Position numbers and translations under genes: made by a program. Under the pieces are notes generated by a model. That model had not been told where the DNA came from, searched no databases, and saw only the letters and a list, made by a program, of their open reading frames with translations. Source: Paecilomyces variotii (lineage: Eukaryota). Taken from it: a DNA stretch of 64,000 bases. The stretch lies in NCBI GenBank assembly GCA_004022145.1, contig RCNU01000011.1; one strand, given 5' to 3'. Within the stretch, counting starts at the first letter, position 1; every line of letters starts with the position of its first letter. Shown one piece after another: positions 1-13,765 of the stretch.

Positions 1-584
1 GGTATGTAAGAAGCTCCTGGCTCGGGCAAACCCGACTGGTCTTCACGAACAGACGCCACATGTCGGTTATGATCTCGTGTGCCCCGAGAAGAAGAAGAAG
101 ACTATCGTATATCACCTGCTTGTGTTCATGCGGGGGTTACTTATTCTCTTGGGGATACCTTTTTATTAAGAGACTAAGGATGCGAGATGTCTAAAATAGG
201 CAGCCTTCTGCCGTAAGTAATTAGAGTACCATAGATTGTTGAGATTGAGAGATGGGCTGGAATGGATGTTGGACGATGATGCAATAGTTATCCAGACAGA
301 ACTCCTGAGGAATGCGAACCAAGTGTTAAGATCCGGAATCTGGGGATGAACCCGCATAGAGTCGAGTAGAGTTAGTTAGTTAGACAGGCTGACAGACAGA
401 CAGACAGACAGATGCAGAGGATTTAACTGCAACGGTTTCCTCCAGCATCCCCTTCCCCGCGTTGCAAAGCAAGAGGCCCTGGTCGTGTTCTCGTCTCGTC
501 TTTCTTCCGTCTTCCGACCCCCTCAAGTAGAAGAACGTACGACCAGGACTGGGATGTTCGTTTCATCGCCATCTTCATCATCGT

Positions 585-617
585 CTTCTTCTTCTTCTTC
601 TTCTTCTTCTTCTTCTT
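585..617. repeat. (CTT)11 microsatellite upstream of the SPRY gene
   Basis: Direct read of tandem CTT; it produces the poly-Lys run in the spurious ORF 423..653(-). Confidence 0.9.
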
Positions 618-957
618 TCTTTCTTTACTTCTGATTTCAGTGGCATCCATCATGCTGGCATCTACTGTCTTGTCTTCTACTGAGGTGGCCCAGAGTAGCT
701 AAGTACAATACTAGCTTGTCTGCTTCCTCTCTCTTCTGGGGTTGCTTTTTCTGCTCCCGGCCTCGACTCGCCTCCGTTTACGGAACGAGGAAGAATAGAG
801 CGGACCACGAGGGGATTCGACAAGAAAACGAAAAAAAAACCACCTGTCTGCTGCAGGCCAATTTGATCTCAGCTCTGCCACTGGGTAGAAGGGCAGTTTC
901 ATATGCTCCTCCGGGGCCGTCGGTGGTTTACTTGTTCCTATCACGGACGACGACAGC

Positions 958-3279
958 ATGACCAATGCTCCTTTGCCCCCAGGGTCCGGTGGAGCTCCTC
1001 CAACAACCTCATATTCCGGCCCAAGCATTTCATCGATGCCACGCCGTTCCTCCTACGCCTCCGTCGTGTCTGGTATCGCCGCCTCGCCACAGAATCACAG
1101 TCATAGTCCCTTCTCGCACCTGGCCAGCAACGGCATCGTCGCCAGCTCCACCCCGGCCAGCTTCTCCTCCTACCCCCCGCAATACTACCATCCCGACGGC
1201 ACCATCAGCTCCAGCAACACCGCCAGCCGCCTTGCCCGGCACGCCTCCGGCTTGGATGCAGACATGCAGATGAATAACGGCGGAGGGAGCAGCACTCCCT
1301 GGAGGAGGGCCGGTGGCTCGCTGCCCGCCTACTCCAGGCAGTTCGCCCAGCATCCCGGATACGAGAGCTTCTACAGCGGAGCGTCCATCGACGACGACTT
1401 CTTCGTCCCCTCTTACCTCCGGAATTCCCGCTATATCGCGCGTCTCGAAGCTGCCCATCGCTCAAAGCTCGCCGCTCAACGAGAGTCCGTCTCGAATCCG
1501 CCGCTCTCCGCCTCCTCCAGCCATGTGAATCTACACCGTATCGCACCCTCCCACCGCGGAATGACGTATGATATTATCGAGAAAGAGCCGTCACACGAGG
1601 TAGACAATGTGATGCCGCTACCGTCCCGATGGAGTGAATCGGACAAGTACGCTGGTCTCGAGCTGTTGAACGACGGCCTCGAGGTCCGGTACATGGGACC
1701 CCCAAACAAGCACGACCATGAGGCCGCCGCGGTGCGGGCGGACTACCCTATGCCCCCGCAGTGCGGGATATACTATTTTGAAATCACTATATTATCCAAG
1801 TCGAAGGAAGGGTAGGTTGAGATTTTGTTTGCGGGTAATGTGTACTACCGGGACAGACTTTGGCTGACTGGGATACAGGATGATTGGAATCGGGTTCTCA
1901 AGCTCAAAGGCCTCCGTCGAGAGACTGCCGGGATGGGAGCTGGAGTCGTGGGCCTATCATGGAGACGATGGCAAGTCATTCTTCGGCGAGAGCCAAGGCC
2001 AGGGTCGACCCTACGGACCGACATTTACAGTCAACGATATAATCGGCTGCGGTGTGAATTTTTCGACAGGATGCGCCTTCTTTACCAAAAATGGCGTTTT
2101 TCTAGGCAATGCTTTCCGGGAGTTGCGAAACGTAAAGCTATACCCTTCAGTTGGGATGAAGAAGCAGCCGAACGTGCATATCAGCGTCAACTTCGGACAG
2201 CGTCCGTTCATGTTTGATATTGATGGCATGGTTAAGGTATGTTGAGGTTCTCTGGCATATGTCTACGATCTACTGACTCGTTCTTAGAAAGAGAAGCTGG
2301 CGATCCAAGCGGAGATCAACGCAACCAGTGCGGCGGGTCTCCAGCCTCCGTTGGACGAAAACTCCCTACTCCAGGAGCTGCTGGCGCAGTTTCTGGCTCA
2401 TGATGGCTATGTCGAGACGGCGCGGGCTTTCGCCGAGGAGGTTAGACAAGAGTCACAAGCACTGCAGAACGGACGAACAGAGCCGCTGAAGCAGTATGCT
2501 CCGGAGGAAGACTTGGATGCGGCTAATCGGCAGAGTAGGTTCTGTCGCTTTCTTTTATTTTAGGTTCCATGCTGACTCTTTAGAAATCCGGGCGGCCATC
2601 TTGGATGGTGATATCGACAAGGCTTTGAAGCATACAAACGCGTACTATGCCAATGTCTTGCAGGACAACCCTCATATCCTGTTCAAACTCCGATGTCGGA
2701 AGTTCATCGAGATGATGCGACGATGCAACGAGCTATCCGTCTCACACTCGAAACGGTCACGATCGGCCAACGGCGCGGCCGAGGAGAGTGTCTTTGATCA
2801 ATACATGGATGTCGATGACCAGGCAGTGGATGACACTGATGGAATGGACACGGAGGAGTCAGACTCGACGGCCAAGTTCCAGGAGCTGCTGACGGAAGCG
2901 GTGCAGTACGGACAGCAGCTGCGGATGGACTACCCGACGGAAGAGCGAGGCGGCGACAGTAAATTGCTGGACGACATCTTCTCGCTGGTCGCATACTCAG
3001 ATCCGAAGTCGTCAGTGCACGGTCACTATCTCGATCCGGCGGGCCGGGTGGCCGTGGCGGAGGAGTTGAATTCGGCAATTCTTGGTAAGTTTTTTTTTAC
3101 GTCTTGTCATTCAGCTCGGGTCACACTGGATTACTGACGAGACAACAGTGTCGCTGGGCAAATCGTCATCGGCCGCGCTGGAGCGGCTATACCAGCAGAC
3201 GGAAGTGCTCGTCAACGAAATCAGTGAAGAAGGCGGCGCTGGGGCGTTTATCAATGTACGGGATGATTTCTTGCAGTGA
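958..3279 (+). CDS. RanBP9/10 (RanBPM, Gid1-like) SPRY-LisH-CTLH-CRA protein, GID/CTLH E3 ligase subunit; 5 exons
   Basis: SPRY motifs (IYYFEITI, IGIGFS, LPGWE.ESWAYHGDDG, YGPTF..NDIIGCGVNF, LYPSVGM, VNFGQRPF), LisH (LLAQFLAHDGYVETARAF), CTLH (IRAAILDGDID.ALK), CRA (FSLVAY.DP, VAEELNSAIL). GT-AG introns 1812-1878, 2237-2287, 2535-2583, 3085-3148 keep the frame. Confidence 0.92.
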
Positions 3280-4109
3280 GGCGAGGTCGGTACGGGATAT
3301 GGGAAACAGATCATTTTCTTTTACTTCATTTCACTTTCTTCTCTTGGTCACATATACCGGCGCATGTACCCGACGATGATGTCCGTCCAGGAGCCCAGAT
3401 CATGTGCATGGGATTTTCTTTTCCTTCTTTCTGCTTGAGCGGCATTCATAATTAGGTTTTTCTTTTCTCTTCACTGTGAGCTCTTCTCCGGTTTTGTCTG
3501 GTATGGTCTGGTCTGGTCTAGTCTGGTTCGGTGTTTCGTCTTGCATCCAATCTACCCATAGCCACCCATAGCCTATCCATGAGTTAGCTCTCTATTGTAT
3601 CTGTAGAGTAGCATAGGTCTGATCTTCCTTAGTGAGGATGAGATGAGAATGAGAATGAATAAGATGCATGGCGTGAAGTAATATCTTTGCTACTGAACAA
3701 TTGGATCGCGATACTAGTTCGTGGATGGGGTTACATAGGTAGTTAGCTGTATTAGCAGAAGGCTAGACGAGATCGTGTCCGGATTATCCTCGACTCGAGA
3801 ACAATTGACAGCAGAAGAGTCTCGATTGTGTAATTCATTAAGCAGATGAATGAGGAAAAGTTGCATGACTTAGATCCCTTTTTCCGCATTTCTCTCTGCG
3901 TAGGCTTATCTGAAGTTAGCTTCTGACCTGACTGGACAGTTAACCATATTGATAGTTTGCTCACGTGGACACGCACCCTTTGCAACCCCCTGGTTTAAGT
4001 CGCACGCACCTCTTCTCCCTGTGATATTCTGCGGGAAGACGAGACTCAAGCGGACCTTTTCTCTGGTAGGTATCCAGATATACAGATACCCCTCAGGTAC
4101 ATACATACA

Positions 4110-5591
4110 ATGTTGCTGTTGGGGATACCTCGGACGCGTCCGGGCCGCCTGCTGCCCAGGAAGTCCATGTCAATCTTACGCGCACGGGCAACAAACAAGT
4201 CCTACTCAACAACAAGAAGTTCATCCTCAAAGAACTCGATAAAATATATAGCAGCTACCGGAATAGCTAGCTCGTCAGGCCTATGGTGGCTGATTACTTC
4301 TTCAGCTCATGATGATGTCCCGAATCTTGAAAAAAGACCACTATCCAAGCAATCTAGCGCTGATCTTGATCTTTCCAAAAAAGAACAAGTCACGAATATA
4401 ATATCACGAGAAGCATACTCGTATCTGGTTCGAAATATCCCCGGCGTTGACCGCTACGATGGCGCTCAAGTCCCTTCCAACAGTCCCTGCGAGGACGTGT
4501 TCATCCACGGTAGCTTTCCCTCTCCATGCAATGATGGCAATCAATGGATGGCCTGGGCGGTTCTCGATGGACACGCAGGTCGACAAACGGCAGACGTACT
4601 GCAAGAGAAGCTGCTGCCTTTTGTGCGACGCAGTCTGGAGCACGTCGAGTCAAGTCCTCTTCAGAATCTAGGTCCCGAGGAGACCGTCCAGCGTGCTATT
4701 TCCCAAGGATTCCTAGATCTCGACGAGACCATTTTCAACACGGCGCTAGATGCGGCGAAGAGCAATGAACCATTATATGAGAAAGTGGACAAGTTGCTAC
4801 CTGCTTTTTCCGGGTCGTGCGCTTTGCTATCGCTATACGATCCTATCACGAGTACATTGCATGTAGCATGTACTGGCGATTCAAGAGCCGTTCTAGGCCA
4901 ACAGAGACCAGATGGAACATGGGAAGTAATGCCTTTATCGATAGATCAGACTGGTCGTAATGAAGAAGAGATCGCTAGGCTCTACAGGGAACATCCCGGT
5001 GAAGAAGACATTGTCAAAGACGGACGAGTGCTGGGTCTAATGGTCTCGCGAGCCTTTGGCGATAGTCGCTGGAAATGGCCCTTGGAAATACAGGAGGAAA
5101 TGAAACGGAATTTTTATGGTCCAGCACCGCTGACGCCAAAGTATGATGTTCGAACACCGCCATATCTCACTGCTGAGCCTGTTGTGACGACTCTGAAGAT
5201 CGATCCTAGCAGAGCTTCGTTCTTGATCATGGCCACAGATGGTATGTGGGATATGATGTCTAACCATCAGGCTGTTCATCTAATAGGGGATTGGCTGGAT
5301 ACGCAACAAGCAGCAGCGGAAGAACAGGAGAAGAAGCATAACCAACCAGAACCAGCGCACGAACCGATTATTGGTGACTTTGGTCGACTGAATGAGGTAT
5401 TCGTGGACGCGAGAAAGACAATTCAAGATGATAATGCTGCTGTGCATCTTGTGCGCAATTCCCTGGGTGGAAATTGTCATGAGTTGATAGCTGGTCGGTT
5501 GGCTTATAGTGCTCCGCATTCTCGGTATTTACGCGATGATATAACTGTGCAGGTGGTGTTTTTTAATACTCGAAATTTGAAAAGAGGATAA
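4110..5591 (+). CDS. Mitochondrial PP2C-family phosphatase (pyruvate dehydrogenase phosphatase/Ptc5-like), intronless
   Basis: 493-aa ORF with Arg/Ser-rich presequence and NSPCED, LDGHAG, ACTGDSRAVLG, VSRAFGD, PPYLTAEP, MATDGMWD, RDDITVQVVFF motifs. Confidence 0.9.
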   Translation: MLLLGIPRTRPGRLLPRKSMSILRARATNKSYSTTRSSSSKNSIKYIAATGIASSSGLWWLITSSAHDDVPNLEKRPLSKQSSADLDLSKKEQVTNIISREAYSYLVRNIPGVDRYDGAQVPSNSPCEDVFIHGSFPSPCNDGNQWMAWAVLDGHAGRQTADVLQEKLLPFVRRSLEHVESSPLQNLGPEETVQRAISQGFLDLDETIFNTALDAAKSNEPLYEKVDKLLPAFSGSCALLSLYDPITSTLHVACTGDSRAVLGQQRPDGTWEVMPLSIDQTGRNEEEIARLYREHPGEEDIVKDGRVLGLMVSRAFGDSRWKWPLEIQEEMKRNFYGPAPLTPKYDVRTPPYLTAEPVVTTLKIDPSRASFLIMATDGMWDMMSNHQAVHLIGDWLDTQQAAAEEQEKKHNQPEPAHEPIIGDFGRLNEVFVDARKTIQDDNAAVHLVRNSLGGNCHELIAGRLAYSAPHSRYLRDDITVQVVFFNTRNLKRG

Positions 5592-7631
5592 ATAGATAGA
5601 TAGATAGATAGAAAGTGTAAGAATTAGAGGATGCGCAGTGGAGTTTATTGATTTTTCATTGTTGATAATCCCGATTTCTAACTACAAGAGAAATGCGCAG
5701 TTAACTATAAATCACTTCCTAATTCCTCATTCCATAACCAGAGCCACCGTCGATTCGAATACGAAAGTAGAAATACCAGAAAATCATTACTCTTATATGC
5801 TATAATATAATACAAGACATGACATTAAGTCATCCGACTTCAAAATTAGAAAGTACAAACTTGCGGTGTAGGGCGGCAAGGTCCGGATATCTATCGGTGT
5901 GGTTTTTTTGTTCTTTTTTCTCCTTTTTCATGTTCGTCATGCGATCTGTTGGGATCTATTATTGTAGTGATTACTTCATAGAGCAGGACTTTTAACTAAG
6001 TAGAGATGTTTGAGAGCATGTGAGTCTTTTACTTTTAGCCCTAGGCTTTGCGTTTGGTTGGTTGGTTGGTTGGTTAGGTACTTGGTTGTGAGCCGAGGCT
6101 GTATGCAGGTGGTAGATGCATACGTACCGGTACGGTTAGTTGATGAGGCGAATAGGTACTTGGAAAAGGTGGGTTTTGCGGTTGGGTTTCTTCTTGTGTA
6201 CCTACTGTGTTAATTCTTGTACATTGTACGGTACTTTAGGGATTGGAATTGGTCTGATCGTACATATGAAATATATATATATATATGTTATAACCGGAGA
6301 AACAAGTTGTGTTACGCGATACTATTATCGTAGTATAGATCTCTAATATGTATTTCCACTTCAAATTGCAGTAAAACTAGTTATACTACAACTTTGCAAT
6401 TAACCAGTACTTAGAGAGATAATTAATATTAATAACTAACTAATCTCACACGCAAAATATCCGACCTGCGGAACTTCCAAAGACCTATCTTCGAAACAGT
6501 TCTCTCGAACCTGCGATAATTATAAAACCACCAACGGGGCGCACGCATGCATACGCATACGCACATACACACACGTGCATGCGTTTCGTTTCATTTTCTT
6601 TTTTTGGTCTCCATTTCCCCTCTCCCCCAGCCATCGATTAATTATAATTAAAATCTCTCAAACCTCACGCGACCAAGGCGATCCGATCGGATCTTGCACG
6701 CCCTGAGAGTGCGTCAAGCTGATTGGATAAAGAAGCGTTGAGTCATTGCTCTCTAGAGCCCTCTAACTTAGGTACCTGACTGCGTTGTACTCCGTACTGT
6801 ACCTGAGGGAGTATAGTAACCTGAGGCGAGGATGAGTTGGCAAAGGGATATTCGAATAAAAAGCAAAAGAGATAAGTTAAACTTCCTAGTGGTTAGGGAA
6901 GGATGGATGAATGGAGATGATAGGTAAGGCGGATAGGAATGGGACGGACCATGCGTTCAACTTCAGGGTTTCCGATTCTCCGCATTTTGGGACTAGGGAT
7001 CCATTTTGGTTGTGAGTGGATGGGAAAAGGATTCAACTAGAGATGATTTGAGACTAGTTATGAGCTGTAGATACTGGATAGGTACTAGGAAGAGAGAATT
7101 GTGTCCACCGCATGGATCGAAGAAGTATGGGAGCTGTCAGAGAGAACGGTATCTTACGGCGATCATACAGATGTGACGCGTGGTTGGGCCAGTAGGAGGA
7201 TCACATCCACAGGCGGTGAAATCTGCCCAGAAGCGATTCTCTGCCATTGTTTGATCAGCCGGACAGATGAATACCAGGCAATACATACCTGGTATGTCAG
7301 ATACCATCGAACTAACTAACTAACCCAAACCCCACCTGCGATCGCTCTTCTTCTCTTCTCTCTTTAGCTCCAAATCATGGACGTTGCTTGGATGACGGCA
7401 CGTCTCTCTGGCCGAACAACTCATCTTCCATACGGCATCGAACACATCAGCATCACCATCGACTTTTCTTGTTTTGAAACACTCCTCTTGAAACATCCCG
7501 ATCGTTTTCCATGGTCGACGCTTCCAGGCCCCGTTGAGAGCTCCGCCGCGGAGCTGCCGGCACGAAGAGGTGCCCAACGCAGCAGCTTCAGTAATTAACT
7601 TGACTTTGGCTTGTCCTGTCGCCAGCCAGCC

Positions 7632-10462
7632 ATGGATTGCGATCCTCCCGCCTCACATGCCGCCAACATACCAGACAAGCCTGTTCAGGCTCACGATGAG
7701 GCATCGTCTCCGCTGCGCTGCTGCTGTGGACGCAGCGATTGTGCATACCTGCTGCATAACTCGGCCGCCCTCGAAGGGCTGGAAAGGGACGTGGCTACCG
7801 CGGCCGTCTTGGGTCAGGTACGTTGACATGACTGTACAATGATGATTAAAGCCCTTTTTATCGTTTGCCCCTCTCCTTGCCTTAGAAGGCTTTTTTTTGT
7901 TCTCGTGTCTTCCAAGCATAATTGGACTGCCGTTTCCCTCTCATAGGATGGTGTGTCTGGTCGTTCCATTGCTTTTCTATATCTGTCTTGTTTTCCCTCT
8001 CATTCCTGAGTCTGAGCCGTGTTGTGTTACCTGTACATGCCGCCGGACGGTCATTGTACAGCTGCCAGACACGCTTCGCGCCCTTGTTTCTTCTTTTGGA
8101 ATCCCACCTTATTACGATCATGACCTGGTTTCCTTCTGTGGGCTCTGCCCCTCAGGAATGGTCTCCTATCCTATCGCACTGCACGCGAGTCTGTGGCCAA
8201 TTCTTCTCCATTTCTGACGCAAAGAAGAGAAGAGAGCGCCAACTCGCTCTCTTCCTCGTCCTGCGCGGCTTCAAGATCATGTCGTCGCTAACCTTTGCCC
8301 TGCAGGCCCTGCTCCACCGCCATGAGACCTACATGGCCGAGTCCGAGGAGGACCGCAACCGTCTTCTGTCCAGTGTAGAGCAGCTCGAGCGCGAGAAGAA
8401 GGAGATGCAGGCGGAGAACAACCGGATCATCGAGGAGAACCGCGGTCTGTTGGAGCAACTCGAGGGCCTCAACAAGCAAGTCGCCGAGTCCGATACCACC
8501 ATCAAGTCCTTGACCGCGACGCTCGAGACTACCCAGTCCGAGCTCAGACGGATGACAGCCCAGGCTGCGCGTGCGGAGGAGCTCGAGGCACAGCTAAGCG
8601 CGATGGAGTCGGAGCAGACTCTGCTCCAGGATCAACTGTCCCACGTCCAGGAGGACGAGCGCTGCGCGGTTCAACGCTGGAAGAAGGCCGAGTGCACGCT
8701 GCGAGACCTGCACGACCAAGTCGACCGCATCGAGAAGGAGGCCCGTGAAGAACGCGAGAAGCACATCGAACTCATGGAGCGCATGGAACGGCGGAGGGCT
8801 GTCGAGCGCGAGCTGGACGGCGCCGCCGGCCGCCTCAAGGGTGCTGCTGCCGCGTCCGGCCTGGGTCGCCCTCAAAATGCGCCCACAGTGGTTTCGAAAT
8901 TCGTGCGCGATATCCTGCAGGACAATGCCAATCTACAGATTGGAATTGTCGAGCTGCGCGAAATGCTCCAGAATTCAAACGAGGAAGTACAACACCTGCG
9001 CGAACAGATGATGCTCCATCAGCCCCTGGCCGCCGCGACGGACCAGGACCCGAGCAACGACAACAAGTTGAAGCGCATCTCCCTGAGCGAAGAATTGGAA
9101 ACGCGGTCTGCGCGCCCTTTGTCCCAGGAGTACCATGTCCATCATCACTATCACGCGCCGGCCACGCCTACCAATCCAAAGAAGGAGAAGGGTCTGTCGC
9201 GGCGCCTCAAGAAGAAGCGTCCTATGCTGCCAAATCCTACCGCGCCGCAGCCAGTTTCAGGACCGCGACGGCCTGCGCATCGCCATCAGTCGTCGTCGTC
9301 CACCTCGACTATTCTATCCCAGACATCAGTAACCGTCCCGCCGAACGCGGCGCACCGCTGGTCGGTGCAGTCGCCGGTGACGGCTGCCACCTCGTCTATC
9401 GCCAGTTCCCCAGGCTCGGGCTACCGCACATCATCCATCTTCGATCGGATGGAATATGGTGGTGTAGAAGCGTCGCTGCCGACGAGTCCGGAGAGCAATC
9501 CGTACTCGTCCCCGATTATGGCAGCACGGCGGGGAAAACGCATGTCAGACGCTTCCTTCCATTCGGTGCCAGGGCACTCTGGCGGCGAGCTGTCGCTCGA
9601 GGACGAACTGGCGGAGCTGGATGGCACTCTAGATGATATGTCTGGGGGAGAGAGCATCGCCATGCAGCCTCCTATTCCTGAAGAAACTGAAGAGTCGTCC
9701 AACGCGGACAACATGCCTACGCCGGATAGACAGCGTGGGTACGGACACCATTGTGCTCAGGATAGCTTCTCCTCGTCGGTCCCATTCAACGTCATGCATC
9801 GGTCTCTCTCGAACGACAGCCTGTTATCGGTGTCTGGAATGGATATCCATACGTTGAGGGATCGTCCTTCACAGCTGAAGGGGTTGCACTCGACCTACTT
9901 TGCTGCTCGGACACCCAGACGTATCGTCTCACCCAGTACGCTCACCTCAACACCCCCAATCATCTCCACTGCCAACATTACTGCAGACAGGGTGCCCGTC
10001 CGCAGCGCCTCGGCCATGTCGCCGCACTCGCTCCTGACGTCCGTAGCCCAGAGTCATCCACGACCAGCGACACGGCCGGCCCCGTCGTTTGTCTCCCAGG
10101 AGAGCAGCGATGGCGATACCCCATCAACGCGTCCTAAGACCAACTTCCGCCGTCGGGTGGGCAGCTGGGTTATGGGACGCTGGGGCATCGCACCGGTCAA
10201 GTCGACGGGCGACCTGCGCAACAAAGGCACCATGACCTCCGGGGCATCGACCTCGTCCGCAACGTCGGAAGTGTCTGCCACGACCGAGCCTAATCCTGCC
10301 CCTGCTGTCAAACCCCCGCTGGAGTTTGGACCGGCGATTCGACCCCCGGGTGTGAACCAGAAGGGACCTATCCCGGGACTGAGACCGCCGGTGCGAACGC
10401 CCAGTCAGGTGCATGCGAGGGGGTTGGATGAGCAGTTGCTTCGGGAGAGTCTGCAGGAGTGA
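7632..10462 (+). CDS. Fungal coiled-coil hypothetical protein with N-terminal CCCGR..C motif; 2 exons
   Basis: Exon 1 MDCDPP...LRCCCGRSDCAYL...AAVLGQ, intron 7818-8305 (gtacgt...ctaac...ctgcag) in frame to ALLHRHETYMAES; long heptad region, HHHYH motif, low-complexity C-terminus. Confidence 0.8.
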
Positions 10463-11561
10463 TGAGATTTCTTATTTTCCTTTTCTTTTCTTTTCATTTC
10501 ATTCTATCATATAAACTTACAACAGATCTCCTTTTCTCACGGTCACTGAAGAAATTACGCATTGCCAGCGCGGTTATTTCTATGTCTTCGCATTTGCACT
10601 TGATCATATCACCACTTGATACCATTCGTTGTAACTTCCAATTAACCTGTCATGTGAATCCGCGGACCTGATGTGATATTACGGTATATATTGCCCATAG
10701 CATTGGGAAGGAGTTTTCTTGCTTCTGGAGTTTGTGTGTGTTCGCACGTCTAGTTGATACTATCGACCCATTGACTCGAACCAGCGGCGTTGGGTTGAGC
10801 TTCGTGGCCTTCATTCATACACTATATGGTCGCTGTCTCAGCGATGTCCAGTCACTTGTTCATTTCCTTACCAATTACTCTGGTTTTTCATTCTCTATTT
10901 TCGGCATCATTGCGATGCGATGTCCCATCACAGATGGAGTGGCTATGGTGGATTAACTAGCTTATAATTATAATCAACACGAGAACATTGGGTAGCTCGA
11001 TTGAGTATTGACTCTGTCGTGGTAAACAATCCTTAACGAGGTCCTTGGTAACTACATAAGAGTATACCCTAGACTTTATCCAACGATGACATCATGTCCC
11101 AAACAGGCAAGTTAGGGCTGGGGCTGAGGGGTTTAGCAATCGCAGCTCTCTGATTGGCCAAGATGGAGCCAGTTGCTCTATCACTGCGACGTCACCGAGA
11201 AGAGAGAATAATAATGCGAACAGAAGATAACATTAATCATCGCGTATAAACAGGTAATATGAGACATCGGAAAAGCAGGAATGGTATCGTAATTCAGGAA
11301 TCTTAGACAGCTATTAGAATCAGTTTCTTCCCCGTCCATGTTCTCTGCGTGAGGTTGAATTGGATTCCTTTGTACTGTTCTGTATTGTCCCATCCCATCC
11401 CATCCCATCCTATCCTAATCGTCAATCACAACGTGTCTGTTCCATTGGACCTGGTTATATCCCTCGCTTGGGCGTAGTTAATTCTTCGCTGTTCTCCAAA
11501 AGAAAAAGTCGAGTGGCTGCGTCATAACTTCTCTGAACACTTGAAGTGGTCATCTAGCTAT

Positions 11562-13765
11562 ATGCCCCGGTCTCTCCCCCGCTCGTCGCTGGGTCTAGCC
11601 TCTCGATTGAGCCCGTCTTCTTCTGCGTGCTGCTCCCATCTGTCTTCAACTGGATTCTCTTCATTGACTTCTGCTCGTAACTACACGGCTCATTTCCGCT
11701 GTCGCTGTGGTTGTCGGAATAATATCGTCTGCTCCTGTGCTTGCTGCGTCCACCCAGGTACTTCTCTTACCCCGCAGAAGAGAAGCTTCGTCACTGCTCC
11801 TCGCTTGACTACGTTCCGGCCGTCTTCTTCTCCTTATCCTAGATCGCCAATCCCCAGTGGTGCCACTGCCGCGTTTCTTGATACTAGTCCGCTATTATCA
11901 TCCTCATCGAAGAACTGGACATTTACTACCCACGCCCGGCGTACCTTCTCGTCTACTCCAACAAACATGGCGAAGGAATTCAAACTGAAGGACATCAAGT
12001 CCCTGTCGGATGTCAAGGACTTTGAGAAGGTCGAGTCTGAAGTCGAGGGGGTGGAAGGAGGCAAGATCCTTGTCGTGAAGGTTGATGGAGTGGCTCATGC
12101 TCTCTCGCCGAAGTGTACTCACTATGGCGCGCCGCTGAAGAATGGTGTCCTTACGCCGGATGGAAGGTTGACGTGTCCGTGGCATGGAGGTGAGTTTTGG
12201 TCGTCAAGACCAGATTCTTAAGAGGTGGACGTGACAGACTGATGGTTGCGTAGCTTGCTTCAGTATCGGCTCGGGTGATGTTGAAGACGCACCGGCTCCG
12301 AATGCGCTGGCCAAGTTCGATGTCTACGAAAAGGATGGAGCCGTGTATATCAAGGGTGATGAGACGTCGATTAAGTTCGGTCAGAGAGATCCTGTTCTCA
12401 AGTGTCAGGCTGTGGGCGATAAGAGGGTTGTTATCATAGGAGGGTAAGTTATAGTATCATATAGTCAGCCTGACTGATGTAATGTGATGGCTGGATACTA
12501 ATGGCTTAAACAGTGGGAGCGGAACTCTAGGAGCCATTCAGGCCCTGCGAGAAGTCGACTTCAAGGGCCCCATCACCGTCATTACCAAGGAACCCAACTA
12601 TCCTATCGACCGTACCAAGCTGTCCAAGGCGCTCATCCCGGACTCGAAGAAGCTCGAATGGCGTCCGAAGGAATGGTACGATTCTGCCTCGGTCAATTTC
12701 GTCTTCGACGAAGCTACCGGTGTCGACTTCGACAAGAAGACCGTCTCAACCACGTCTGGTAAGTCGGTCTCTTACAGTAAGCTTCTTCTCGCGTCGGGAG
12801 GCACGCCTCGCAGCCTTCCTCTGCCCGGATTCAAGGAACTGGGTAACATCTTCCTGCTTCGCTTCGTGTCTGATGTCCAGAACATCCTCGAGGCTGTTGG
12901 CCAGAAGAACAAGAAGATTGTCATCATTGGCTCCTCCTTCATTGGTATGGAAGTCGGCAATGCCCTCGCGAAAGAGAACGAAGTCACCATCGTCGGCATG
13001 GAAAAGGCCCCCATGGAACGCATTATGGGAGCAGAAGTCGGCCAGATCTTCCAGAAACTGCTCGAGAAATCCGGCGTCAAATTCCACATGAACGCCAGCG
13101 TCGAGCGAGCCACTCCTTCACCCGCAAACCCAACCAACGTTGGTGCCGTTCACCTCAAAGACGGCACCGTCCTCCACGCTGACCTGGTCATCCAGGGCGT
13201 TGGCGTCCGTCCTGCCACCGACTTCCTCCAGAACAACCCGGCCATCAATCTCGAGAAAGACGGCTCTCTCCGCGTAGACGAGACCTTCGCCGTACAAGGC
13301 GTGCCCGACACCTTCGCCATCGGCGACATAGCCACCTATCCATACCACGGCCCTGGAGCTCCATCCTCTGGCTACCCCATCCGCATCGAACACTGGAATG
13401 TCGCCCAAAACTCCGGCCGCAGCGCCGCCACAACCATCGCGCACCAACTCGCCGGCAAAACACCCCCTAGACCCAAGGCCTTCATCCCCATCTTCTGGTC
13501 TGCATTGGGCCAACAGCTCCGCTATTGCGGCAACACCCAGGGCGGCTTCGACTCACTCGTCCTGAAAGGTGAGCCCGAAAACGCCAAATTCGTCGCTTAC
13601 TACTGTCAAGGCGACACGGTGGTTGCGGTAGCGAGCATGATGATGGATCCGATCATGACCAAGTGCGCGGAGTTGATGCGTAGAGAGAACATGCCGACCA
13701 AGAAGCAGATTGAGGCTGGTGTCGATCCGTTGACGTTGGATTTGCCGAGTAGTGTGAAGATGTAA
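11562..13765 (+). CDS. AIF-like oxidoreductase (Rieske 2Fe-2S plus FAD/NAD pyridine nucleotide-disulfide reductase; AIFM3/Nfrl type); 3 exons
   Basis: Rieske ligands CTHYGAPL...CPWHGACF, VIIGGGSG, IDRTKLSK, IGSSFIGME, FAIGDIA, RIEHWNVAQ, PIFWS. Introns 12190-12253 and 12444-12513. Second in-frame ATG at 11967. Confidence 0.92.

Noticed and set aside
1-130. Possible minus-strand gene start (MWRLFVKTSRVC...) running off the left edge
   Set aside because: Too short to support without sequence beyond the window.
423-653. 76-aa poly-Lys ORF
   Set aside because: Product of the (CTT)n microsatellite read on the minus strand.
6270-6500. AT-rich patch starting TGTTA, possible solo LTR
   Set aside because: No matching terminal inverted end, TSD or second copy in the window.
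7922-8305. 846-aa ORF start given in the track
   Set aside because: Starts at TTG inside a canonical intron; the upstream exon at 7632 is the better start.
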